Shown here: positions 17,326-26,918 of the stretch, piece by piece | How positions within the stretch are numbered: the stretch's first letter is position 1 | Layout: every line of letters begins with the position of its first letter | Assembly: GCA_016927735.1 (NCBI GenBank) | Contig: JAFGMC010000006.1 | Coordinates: 116,026-180,025 of the forward strand | Reading direction: 5' to 3' | DNA: 64,000 bases | From: Alphaproteobacteria bacterium | Lineage (GTDB): Bacteria; Pseudomonadota; Alphaproteobacteria; Rs-D84 | Program-made: the position numbers and the translations under genes | Notes under the pieces: generated by a model | Told to the model about the DNA's origin: nothing | The model's database searches: none | Seen by the model: only the letters and a program-made list of their open reading frames with translations

Positions 17326-19365
17326 ATGGAATTTGATCATAGCAAATTTTGGTCTTGCTGTGCAATAAAATTAATCCCTATAATCATTGGTATGAGAGAA
17401 TTTCTGGAACATCAGTTTCAAAATCTATTTCTTTGGTCACCTTTTGTGATGGCTTTTGGTGCAGCACTATATTTTTTATTGCCATCAGAACCAAGTTTTT
17501 ATTATCCATTGTTGATTGCTGGTCTGTCATTGGCGATTATTATTTTCAGAAAACCAAATGTAATTTTAACAACAATTTTATTATTTATCTTTGGCTTTTT
17601 CTATGCTGCTGGATTTACCCGATTAATTGATACACCACAAATATCACACGATATACATGACCGTGATATATCGGGAATCGTAACCGATATTGATTATGCC
17701 AATAATAAAACAAAAGTATTTGTAAGAACACCAGATATAACAGAAAACAAAAATACCATAATCAGATTATCTTTGGACACAGATCAAATAATTCCAAATA
17801 TTGGGGGTAATATAAACGCTAATGTCACCTTGTTTAAACCTTCTGGTGCAACAGCGCCTGGGTCTTTTGACTATTAACGTTGGGCATATTTTAATGGGCT
17901 TACGGCAACCGGATATATAAATAATTATAATAAAAAACCGATAACAAAAGAAACCCGATTAAATATAAATACTCTTCGAAATTATCTACATAATAAAACA
18001 AATTCAATATTGGCCGATACATTGGTTCTGGGTTATAAAAATGCGATTCCAAAGGAAGATATGCAATATTGGATCGCGACCGGGGTTGGACATGTGTGGT
18101 CAATCAGTGGATTTCATATGACACTGGTTTCAACTTGGTTATTTGCATTTTTTTATTTAATATTCAGATCTATCCCAAAAATTACACGAAAAATACCTGC
18201 ACGTTTTCCGGCAATAATATTTGCATGGTTTGGGTTGTTATTTTATCTACTTTTATCAGGCATAGATGTCGCGACTGTTCGCGCATTTATGATGACCAGT
18301 TTAATATTTATTGCATTTATTTTTGGTCGTAATGCATTTTCATTACGTAATGTATGTATCGCATTTATGGCAATATTTTTGATTAATCCGCACTATGTTA
18401 TGCAGCCTGGTTTTCAATTATCCTTTTCTGCAATTTTTGGTCTGATTTGGTTTTTTAGTGAAAACAGTTATAAAAAATTATCTTTTGATAAAAAAATATT
18501 TCGGGTTATAAAGGCAGCAACAATGACATCAATTATCGCAACACTATTTACTGCGCCGTTTGTTGCTGCCAATTTTTACTCATTGCCCGTTTACGGTCTG
18601 ATTGGAAATTTAATACTGTTACCTGTATTTTCATTTGCAATTATGCCACTGGTTATGATCGGAACAATTGGCGCGTTGCTGGGGATTATGTCGCCGCTTA
18701 TCTGGTCTGGGGAAATTTATAATTGGGTGCTGGAGATTGCAAACAAGATTGCAGAATTGCCCTTTGCACAAATACAAACTCCATCAATTCCAACAATTGC
18801 TTTATTTTTAATAATTATTGGTTTCTTATGTTTAATATTTATAAATAATTACAAAAAAATTCGTTTTAATGTTATTTTATTTTTAACATTTTTTATATCT
18901 GGGTTAACAATAATTACTTTTAATCCCAGACCTATTTTTTACGCAACCGATGACCATGAATTAATAGCATTTGTAAAAAACGGGGAACTGGAATTCAACA
19001 AGGGGCGTGCATCAAATCATTATTTTGCATTTGACTCTTGGAAACAATTAAACTTTGAACCTATTGGAACAACAAACAAGAAACGCAGATGTGTCAAAGG
19101 CGTTTGTATTTATAAAACAAAAAATTGGACACTGGCATATGCACAAAAATATGTTCCACTTTCTGAAAATATTGTTGAATTTTGTCGCAATCCAAAAATT
19201 GATTTTATCGTATCGTATTTTGATGTTAAATCAGAAAAATGTAATCATAAGATTTTGCGTGGTGGGTTTGTAATTTATAAATCAGGCAGAATTAAATACA
19301 CCCAATCTAATCGTTGGTGGCATACCCGGCACTTACAAAATATAACCCCGAAGCTGGCGCAGTAG
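17326..19365 (+). pseudogene. comEC: ComEC/Rec2 DNA internalisation channel, interrupted by one in-frame TAA (17875..17877)
   Basis: ORFs 17326..17877 and 18010..19365 are in the same frame. Translation across the gap is uninterrupted apart from the stop: ...PGSFDY*RWAYFNGLTATGYINN...LADTLVLGYKNAIP...GVGHVWSISGFHM. These are the ComEC DUF4131 and competence-domain motifs. The true start is probably MREFLEHQF at 17392. Confidence 0.7.
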
Positions 19366-20062
19366 GTCCGGCAGCGCTGCGGTCTTTTGCCGCCAAAATT
19401 TTATCAATATCATAAGGTTTCCCCAGACCGATTTCAACCAAAGTTCCGACAATATTCCGAACCTGGTGATGTAAAAATGACCGTGCTGAAAATTCAATAA
19501 TTATACGTTTACCAAATTGTTCTTCTACTACTTTTATTTCAATTTTATCCATGGTTTTTATCGGGCTTTTTGCCTGGCATTCACTTGCACGGAAACTGGT
19601 GAAATCATGATTACCAATCAATTTGTTGGCCGCCAATTTCATTGCATCTATATTTAATTCAACCGGTTTCCACCAGACCAAATCTTTTTCCAAAATAGGC
19701 GCTGCAGCGCGATTCAAGATTATATATTTGTAATTTCTGAGAATACATGAAAATCGCGCATGAAAATCATCTGATACCTGCTTACAATCCAAAACGATAA
19801 CATTTGTTTTTTTAAGATAAAAGTTTATAGCGCGATGAACGATATTTCCATCTGTACCTGCATCCAAATCGAAATGTGCAATCATACCGAGTGCATGCAC
19901 CCCAGCATCAGTGCGCCCAGCAGAATAAACATTTACATTTTGTCCAGAAAATTTAAAAATTGCATCTTGAACCAAGGATTGAACAGAAACGCCACCAGGG
20001 TTTTCCTGCCAACCAATCAAATTTGTTCCATTATATTCAAGAGTTAATTTATAACGCGACAT
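19307..20062 (-). CDS. truA: tRNA pseudouridine(38-40) synthase TruA
   Basis: YKLTLEYNGTNLIGWQ, catalytic GRTDAGVHA, and HHQVRNIVG. The start is taken at MSRYKL; the ORF is open to 20074. Confidence 0.9.
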   Translation of the reverse strand: MSRYKLTLEYNGTNLIGWQENPGGVSVQSLVQDAIFKFSGQNVNVYSAGRTDAGVHALGMIAHFDLDAGTDGNIVHRAINFYLKKTNVIVLDCKQVSDDFHARFSCILRNYKYIILNRAAAPILEKDLVWWKPVELNIDAMKLAANKLIGNHDFTSFRASECQAKSPIKTMDKIEIKVVEEQFGKRIIIEFSARSFLHHQVRNIVGTLVEIGLGKPYDIDKILAAKDRSAAGPTAPASGLYFVSAGYATND

Positions 20063-20864
20063 TATGAAATCCAAATGCCTTTATCCATTGATGTCCATTT
20101 AAAAAATCGTGCCAAGACATAGGCTTTTTACCAGCAGGATGAACACGAAGAATTTCCAATCTTCCATCTTCATTTATTCTGGTTTTTAATATTTTTAAAT
20201 CTGAATCATTAATTTTTGTACGTCCGCCGATACTGCGCACCTTGTTATGAATTTCAATCGGTGGTTTTCCCCAATCAATTATTGTGTCGGCTGCAGTAAT
20301 CTTCTTGGTATAAAAAGGTTCCCCAACTTGTGGTTTTGGCGGGTACATTTCTGGATTTCTTAAGTATTCACTTAACATATCTGCAGATATATCAGATACT
20401 TTTTTAAGTATAATTTCATTTGTATCATTTTCACCGATTTCTAATTTCTGCATCATATAAATATCGCCAGCATCAACCTTTGGTGTGACCTGCATCAGAC
20501 AAACACCAGTTTCTGTATCACCATTCATAATTGCACTGCGTATTGGTGATGGCCCACGATATTTTGGTAAAAGACTTGGGTGAATATTTATAACCGGGGC
20601 AGATCCTAAAACATTATCACGCAAAATTACACCATAAGATATGACAATAACCATATCAGGTTTATAATTATATTCTTTTATATCATTAACAACTGGTAAT
20701 CCACGTGATTCTGCCCAATTGTGTACAGGTGAATTCTGTAATTGCAATTTACGCCCTGACGGTTTTGGTGCACGTGTAAACACCGCCAACACATTATGTT
20801 GGTCCGCAATTCTATCAAAAATAGGTACGACCCAATCATTTGTACCCATCAAGACAAGATTCAT
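20049..20864 (-). CDS. fmt: Methionyl-tRNA formyltransferase (shortish, 271 aa)
   Basis: The motif NIHPSLLPKYRGPSPI. Lies downstream of def with a 4-nt overlap. Confidence 0.85.
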   Translation of the reverse strand: MNLVLMGTNDWVVPIFDRIADQHNVLAVFTRAPKPSGRKLQLQNSPVHNWAESRGLPVVNDIKEYNYKPDMVIVISYGVILRDNVLGSAPVINIHPSLLPKYRGPSPIRSAIMNGDTETGVCLMQVTPKVDAGDIYMMQKLEIGENDTNEIILKKVSDISADMLSEYLRNPEMYPPKPQVGEPFYTKKITAADTIIDWGKPPIEIHNKVRSIGGRTKINDSDLKILKTRINEDGRLEILRVHPAGKKPMSWHDFLNGHQWIKAFGFHNVAL

Positions 20865-21373
20865 TTCCGCCTCCGCACTTTACTCATAACCATTTCACGT
20901 TTCACAGGTGATAAATAATCTATAAATAAAATACCATCCAAATGATCTATTTCGTGTTGAACAATACGTGCTGCATAACCGGATAGTTTATTTGAATGCT
21001 GTTCACCTTTTTCATCGGTCCATTTTATAACAACATATTTTGGACGTGAAACATTGGAATACACTGGCAAATCATCAGATCCCAGAACTGACAAGCACCC
21101 TTCTTCCATATCAACTATTTCCATGGACTTTTCTACTATTTCTGGGTTTATCATTTTATAGACTTTTGCTTCTTTATCATTGCCAATCTTGCATTTCATA
21201 ATTAAGAATCGTTGCAATATACCAACCTGTGGGGCCGCCAGGCCAACACCATTTTGATCATTCATCATTTTCACCATTTCATCTAACAAGGATGAAATGT
21301 CGGGGGTAATCTCTGTCACAGGTTCACATTTTTCGCGTAAAACCAAGTCCCCACACAATTTCATTTGCAACAT
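20861..21373 (-). CDS. def: Peptide deformylase
   Basis: The three Def motifs GVGLAAPQVG, EGCLS and HEIDHLDG. Confidence 0.9.
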   Translation of the reverse strand: MLQMKLCGDLVLREKCEPVTEITPDISSLLDEMVKMMNDQNGVGLAAPQVGILQRFLIMKCKIGNDKEAKVYKMINPEIVEKSMEIVDMEEGCLSVLGSDDLPVYSNVSRPKYVVIKWTDEKGEQHSNKLSGYAARIVQHEIDHLDGILFIDYLSPVKREMVMSKVRRRK

Positions 21374-21390
21374 TTGCTTTTCCTCTTATA

Positions 21391-22293
21391 ATGATTTTAA
21401 CAAAGGAATTTCAAATGACAACTTATATTTTATTCACGTTGCTGGGTATAATTATCGTTTTACTTTTTATTTTATTAACAAAGAAACACTCTGTTGATTT
21501 ATCGTCTTTGCGCGAAGATAATGTACATCTGCGCGAACGTATATCAGAACGTTTGGGGGTATTGGCACAAAACGCAATGGAATTAAAGAATATCAGTGGT
21601 GATATTGCGAATTTTAAAAATATTCTGATGGGCAGCAAACAAGCACGTGGGTCGTTTGGTGAACGTCAACTGGAAGACCTGGTTACGGATATTATGCCGC
21701 CAGAAACATATGCTTTTCAATCTGTTATGGAAAATGGGGTTCGTCCAGATTGTATAATTCGTCTGCCTTATCCACCTGGGGATATGATTATCGATAGCAA
21801 GTTCCCATTGGAAGGGTTTTCCAGATATCAAGAATCACCAGATGATGGGACACGCAAAATGTTTGAACTGGACGTAAGAAAACATATAGATGCCATCGCA
21901 GAAAAATATATAATCCCTGGAAAAACCGCAGAAAGCGCAATGATGTTTATCGCATCAGAATCTATATTTGAAACCTTGCATCGTGAATTTCCAAATACAA
22001 TCAATTATGGCGCACATAAAAAGGTCTTTATTGTATCCCCAGCAACACTGTGGGCGACATTAAATACAATTCGCGCCATTCTGTCGGATATTAAAATAAA
22101 ACGCGTTGCAGCCCAAATTAAGAAAGAATTAGACATGTTGTTGATCGACCTGTCGCGTTTATCAGATCGCGCAGCAAAGGTTGAAAATCATTTTCAAATG
22201 GCAGAAAAAGATATCGAAGATTTACAAATATCAATTCGCAAGGTTCAACCCCGTGCAGAAAAACTTCGTGAATTAGATTTCGGAGATGAATAA
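21391..22293 (+). CDS. rmuC: DNA recombination protein RmuC
   Basis: N-terminal TM and coiled-coil, then the RmuC core RPDCIIRLP...MIIDSKFPLE...MFIASESIF. Confidence 0.8.
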   Translation: MILTKEFQMTTYILFTLLGIIIVLLFILLTKKHSVDLSSLREDNVHLRERISERLGVLAQNAMELKNISGDIANFKNILMGSKQARGSFGERQLEDLVTDIMPPETYAFQSVMENGVRPDCIIRLPYPPGDMIIDSKFPLEGFSRYQESPDDGTRKMFELDVRKHIDAIAEKYIIPGKTAESAMMFIASESIFETLHREFPNTINYGAHKKVFIVSPATLWATLNTIRAILSDIKIKRVAAQIKKELDMLLIDLSRLSDRAAKVENHFQMAEKDIEDLQISIRKVQPRAEKLRELDFGDE

Positions 22294-22703
22294 TGAAAGC
22301 ACTTACCCTGTGGCAACCATTTGCTGATGCAATTGCATGTGGGTTAAAAAAATATGAAACCAGATCATGGTCAACCAAATTAACTCGACCTGATTTGTTT
22401 ATTGGCGATCATGGTATTAAACTGGCAATTCATTCAGCAATCAAACCAATGTCCCTTGAATATCAAGCATTGGCTGATAAGTATGGTATGGAAAATCTGG
22501 AATTTGGAAAAATAGTCGCAATTTGCGATCTGGTCGATTGTATTTTAATAACACCTGAACTTATTTATCAACAAACACAAACAGAATTGGACTTTGGTGA
22601 TTGGCGCATAGGCAGATATGCGTGGAAACTGACAAATGTTCAAAAGTTGGATAAACCAATCCCCGCCAAAGGTCAGCAGGGATTATGGAATATTAATTTA
22701 TAA
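22293..22703 (+). CDS. ASCH-domain protein
   Basis: MKALTLWQPFADAIACGLKKYETRSW...GRYAWKLTNVQKLDKPIPAKGQQGLWNI is the typical ASCH (PUA-like) layout. Its start overlaps the rmuC stop (TAATG). Confidence 0.6.
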   Translation: MKALTLWQPFADAIACGLKKYETRSWSTKLTRPDLFIGDHGIKLAIHSAIKPMSLEYQALADKYGMENLEFGKIVAICDLVDCILITPELIYQQTQTELDFGDWRIGRYAWKLTNVQKLDKPIPAKGQQGLWNINL

Positions 22704-22705
22704 AA

Positions 22706-23299
22706 TTATTTTCTGATACCGGTTTTTGAATTAATCCATACTTGTTCTTTTGCCAGATTCATAATTGGTAAATCTGTTTTACTGTCCGAATAGCTGCGAA
22801 TAAAGTTTGCATTTAATTTCTTTTTGGCCAACCATTCATTCATCGCAAAAACTTTGTTTTTTCCCCAACACAGAAACTTGTAATTCCAAGGATGTGATAA
22901 ATACATTTGTGAACAAATAACCGCATCAAACGGTAAATCACGAACCAATTTATGAATCAAATAATCAGGTCCAGCCGAGATTAAAATTACACGCGTATTC
23001 TTTTTTGATTTTTCAGACTTTATTTTATCAGCCACCCAACCAAACCTGTTCATTTTATGTTCAGAAATAAAATTATCTGCATGCTTTTTTATCATATTCT
23101 TTGTCATAAAACTGCGCGTTATTGCACGCCATGTTGTACCCGCAGGATTAAATAGTTTAATCAAAAAACCCAATGCAATAACAGGAATGAAAAACCAAGG
23201 ACGCAAACTGTGTCTGAAACAATATTTTCCAAATTCTATATTACAGTCACCAGATGACAAAGTTCCATCAAAATCAAATACAACTAAATTTACTTTCAT
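22706..23299 (-). CDS. HAD-IB family hydrolase (phosphoserine-phosphatase-like)
   Basis: Motif I VVFDFDGTL, motif II LISAGP, motif IV SDSKTDLP. Its start overlaps the RND pump stop (TAATG). Confidence 0.65.
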   Translation of the reverse strand: MKVNLVVFDFDGTLSSGDCNIEFGKYCFRHSLRPWFFIPVIALGFLIKLFNPAGTTWRAITRSFMTKNMIKKHADNFISEHKMNRFGWVADKIKSEKSKKNTRVILISAGPDYLIHKLVRDLPFDAVICSQMYLSHPWNYKFLCWGKNKVFAMNEWLAKKKLNANFIRSYSDSKTDLPIMNLAKEQVWINSKTGIRK

Positions 23300-26200
23300 T
23301 ATTTTTTACCTTTTACCTTAGATCTTAAACGTTCCATCAAAAAGAATAAAGATGGTGTTAAAACAAATGTCCAAACCAGACTGGCAAACATACCACCAAT
23401 CATAACAGCGGCCATCGATGTTTTCATACCATCAGAACTCCACAACTGGGGCAACATACCAGCCATAATTGAAATAGATGTCATCAATATCATTGTCTTT
23501 TTATCAACAAATTCTGCCCACAATGCATTATACGGTTTTTCGCCCTTATTAATTCTGTTAATTGTTGGTTCCATAATCAAAATATTATTATTAACCACCA
23601 AACCGACCAACATAACAATTGCCAATAACGCTGCAACGTTTATAGATGCACCAGATAAGAACAACAAGATAAACACACCTGCAAAACTGGTAATGATTGA
23701 TGTCGCAATTGTAAAGGGATGCGCCAAAGAATTCATTATCGCAGCCAATAACATAAACGTCAAAATGGTTGCCAATAAAAAAGTTGTACCAATTTCACTG
23801 TTGGTTTCGCTTTGTATTTCAGACATTCCACCAAAATGGGCGCCATAACCGTTTTCCCAGTTTATTGTTGCCAATTTTTCTTCTATATTTTTCTGAACTG
23901 GTCCAATCGTAGATTTACCAATATTTATATCTATTTCGGTAATTCTATTTTTATCCAGTCTGCGAATATCTGATGTTGCGCGTACATTTTTAATCGTCCC
24001 CAGTTCTGACAATGAAACTAAACCCTTTTGTGAATTTACATATACACTGTCAAACATATCCTGGTTTACAAACGGTTTTGCAAATTCAAATATAATTGGA
24101 TATTCTTTTCCAGACTCTTTATATTTATAAGAATCATTTCCAAATAACGCTGTACGCAATGTTATACCAGCATAAGAATTCTTTATGCCCCAGAAATTCA
24201 TTTTCTTATCATCTGGGATAAATCGTATTTCTTGACCTGGTTCTTGTTGTGCAAAAACTGCGCTTTGAACCTCTGGGATTTCGTTAATAAGTTTCAAAGC
24301 TTGTTTTGCATATTCTTCACGCTTTATATCATCTTCACCGTTTATATTTAACACCATATCCGAAGATACTGCACCACCTTGCATACTTTCACCTGCGCGA
24401 ATTTGTATCTCGGTATCTGGAATTTCTGCAAGTTCCGGTAATATTCTTTGCGCCAATGCCTTATCCGATAATTTACGATTTGATTTTTCAACCAGTTCTA
24501 TTTTTACCGATATATTTTGCAAACCGCGTTCACCGATTTTCACAGATGTTGATTTAACTTCTTTAAAATCATGCAGTTTGTTTTCTATTTTTTTTGCAAT
24601 AGATTCTGATTTCTCAAAAGTACTGCCCATTGGTGCACGTGCTGTCACAGTAATTTCATTAGTATCAGTGCTGGATGAAAATTCATTACCAACAAATCTT
24701 AATAGTGTTGTTGATGCCAATAACACAACAACACCCAAACCAACAACTCGCCATGGATGATTATGCTGATAATCAAACCATTTACGGAAACGAGGCATAA
24801 CTTCTTTTTTCTTTGATGATTCAATTTTTTTGACTTTTTTCTTTGCTGGACGTAAAAACAAACCAATCATCATAGGTGTCAATGTAAAAGAGAACAATAA
24901 TGATAATAATGTCACATAAACAACCGTCATTCCAAATTGCATCATGAATTGACCAGCAATTCCACCCATAAATGCCAAAGGTAAGAACACAACAACGTTT
25001 GTTCCAACACCTGCCAAAATAGGCACCATGACTTTTTTGGTTCCATCAATTGCGGCTAGTTTTGAATCTTTTCCTGCATTCATTTCTTGTATTGCAGATT
25101 CAATCAAAATAATGGCATTCGAAACCAATGTCCCCAGCGCAGATGAATACGCCAACAATGTCATAGAATTAATTGTAAAACCACCAGTATCCATAAAGAA
25201 AAACCCAGCCACCAGTGACGCCGGTATAACAACGCCCGCAATAATTGTTGAGTGCCAATTTCTGGTAAATACCAATAAAACAATAACTGTAAATATCAAA
25301 CCCAATATAATTCCATAAATTGTACTGTATGTTTCATTTGCAATTGCTATGGACGAATCAGATATAATTTTCATTTCTGTATTTGGGAAACGTGATTTCA
25401 TATCAGCTTCAAAAGCTGGCAGACTTTTACGTAATGCAGCAGATATTTTAACAGCGTTACCATCAGACGCTTTCACAATGGATGCGATAACAACATTTTC
25501 TCCATTATATCTTGCACCAGTTTCAATATCACGTGCAGCATCTTTCACTTCTGCTATTTCATGTAATTGGAAATTTTGTCCTTCGGAAGTTGTTATTCGA
25601 AGATTTTTAATATCATCAATAGATTGAAATTCACCGATAAAACGAACGTTTGATGAATTTGTCCCCGATTCTATTTTTCCACCAGGAATATTCAAATTCT
25701 TTGACCCCAGTGCGTTTACAATATCCATAATTGCAACACCACGTGATGCCATCAGTTCTGGATTCATAAATATACGAACTGCACGTTCTTCGCCACCAAA
25801 TACAGATATACTTGCGACACCTGGCAATGCGGTCATTTTGTTAGATAAAAAGTCTTTTACATATTGTTCCATATCACGTGGGTTGGCCCCCTGTAAAACA
25901 ATATCCATAACAGATTGTTGCAAAGGATTTAATTTCTCAACCACGGGTTGTTTTAAATCTGACGGAAACTCGGACGAAATTGCGTCCAGTTTTGCTTTCA
26001 CTTCGGATGCCTTGTCATTTACATTAACCCCCAGGTTAAATTCTGCCATAACAAACCCACCATTTTCAAAAGCCTGCGATGTCAATTTCTTTAAACCCGC
26101 AACTTCTGAAATAGAATCTTCGGCTTTTTTTATAACCTGTGATTCAATTTCTGCCGGGGTTGCGCCCGGATAAATAAACGTAGCGGTGACCATTGGAAAA

Positions 26201-26316
26201 TCTATGGCTGGTGTTCTTTCTATATTCATCTTTGGAAAAGATACAATCCCCAAAACCACCCAAAAAAGAACAAACATTAATGTTGTTATTGGTCTGCGAA
26301 CGAAAAAATTTAACAT
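23299..26316 (-). CDS. RND-family efflux transporter, inner-membrane pump (AcrB-like)
   Basis: 1005 aa. The N-terminus reads FFVRRPITTLMFVLFWVVLG. It has a 12-TM organisation with two large periplasmic loops. Confidence 0.9.
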   Translation of the reverse strand: MLNFFVRRPITTLMFVLFWVVLGIVSFPKMNIERTPAIDFPMVTATFIYPGATPAEIESQVIKKAEDSISEVAGLKKLTSQAFENGGFVMAEFNLGVNVNDKASEVKAKLDAISSEFPSDLKQPVVEKLNPLQQSVMDIVLQGANPRDMEQYVKDFLSNKMTALPGVASISVFGGEERAVRIFMNPELMASRGVAIMDIVNALGSKNLNIPGGKIESGTNSSNVRFIGEFQSIDDIKNLRITTSEGQNFQLHEIAEVKDAARDIETGARYNGENVVIASIVKASDGNAVKISAALRKSLPAFEADMKSRFPNTEMKIISDSSIAIANETYSTIYGIILGLIFTVIVLLVFTRNWHSTIIAGVVIPASLVAGFFFMDTGGFTINSMTLLAYSSALGTLVSNAIILIESAIQEMNAGKDSKLAAIDGTKKVMVPILAGVGTNVVVFLPLAFMGGIAGQFMMQFGMTVVYVTLLSLLFSFTLTPMMIGLFLRPAKKKVKKIESSKKKEVMPRFRKWFDYQHNHPWRVVGLGVVVLLASTTLLRFVGNEFSSSTDTNEITVTARAPMGSTFEKSESIAKKIENKLHDFKEVKSTSVKIGERGLQNISVKIELVEKSNRKLSDKALAQRILPELAEIPDTEIQIRAGESMQGGAVSSDMVLNINGEDDIKREEYAKQALKLINEIPEVQSAVFAQQEPGQEIRFIPDDKKMNFWGIKNSYAGITLRTALFGNDSYKYKESGKEYPIIFEFAKPFVNQDMFDSVYVNSQKGLVSLSELGTIKNVRATSDIRRLDKNRITEIDINIGKSTIGPVQKNIEEKLATINWENGYGAHFGGMSEIQSETNSEIGTTFLLATILTFMLLAAIMNSLAHPFTIATSIITSFAGVFILLFLSGASINVAALLAIVMLVGLVVNNNILIMEPTINRINKGEKPYNALWAEFVDKKTMILMTSISIMAGMLPQLWSSDGMKTSMAAVMIGGMFASLVWTFVLTPSLFFLMERLRSKVKGKK

Positions 26317-26352
26317 TATATACTCCCTTGAAAAATCATTAATCGTGATTTA

Positions 26353-26916
26353 TTAATTCTGCATTTTTACCCTTTCACCCTCTCCTATTTTGGAAAGAAT
26401 AATTATATCCCCATCTGATAATCCTTTTGAAATAACAGCATTATCAGAATCTTGATTTACAATTCCAACATCAATTTTTTGCGCAAAACCATCTTTTACA
26501 ATCATTAAAGAATTATTATTAATTGCATAAATGGGAACAAAAAAACCGTTATTTTTTAATTCTGCATAATTCAAACCGTCCGACGCGCCACGGGTTGTAA
26601 TAACATGCATTCCAGAATCTAAATCTATATTATTTGAAACTGATAATATTGATCCTGTACCAACTTTTTGACCCACGCGGAATTTATAAACACGTGATGA
26701 AGATACCAATGCACGATTATTTTTTACAGATAAAGGCTCTTTTAATACATCTGTTTTACGATTAACTTGCATAACTTTAACTGGTACACCTTGTTCTTCG
26801 AAAACACGTGAAGGGTTAAAAATATAACGTGCATTTTCAGATCCAATAACTGTAAATCTGAATCCAACCCAACCAATTATAGAAATTGCACATAAAATAT
26901 AAATTACTTTTTTCAT
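26353..26916 (-). CDS. Very short periplasmic adaptor (membrane fusion protein)-like protein, 187 aa
   Basis: N-terminal TM anchor and beta-rich segments (VPVKVMQV..., KFRVGQKVGTGSIL, VPIYAI...MIVKDGFAQKIDVGIV, GLSDGDIIIL). These resemble the lipoyl, barrel and MP parts of RND adaptors. It sits between the TolC-like and AcrB-like genes. It is too short to hold a coiled-coil hairpin. Confidence 0.55.
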   Translation of the reverse strand: MKKVIYILCAISIIGWVGFRFTVIGSENARYIFNPSRVFEEQGVPVKVMQVNRKTDVLKEPLSVKNNRALVSSSRVYKFRVGQKVGTGSILSVSNNIDLDSGMHVITTRGASDGLNYAELKNNGFFVPIYAINNNSLMIVKDGFAQKIDVGIVNQDSDNAVISKGLSDGDIIILSKIGEGERVKMQN

Positions 26917-26918
26917 TC

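Noticed and set aside
17875-17877. Possibility that the in-frame TAA in comEC signals an alternative genetic code
   Set aside because: TAA terminates many well-defined genes in this window at the expected protein ends (rpmH, the virB8-like gene, comEC itself at 19365, and others). No other gene shows internal stops. A single nonsense mutation or a sequencing error is the simpler explanation.
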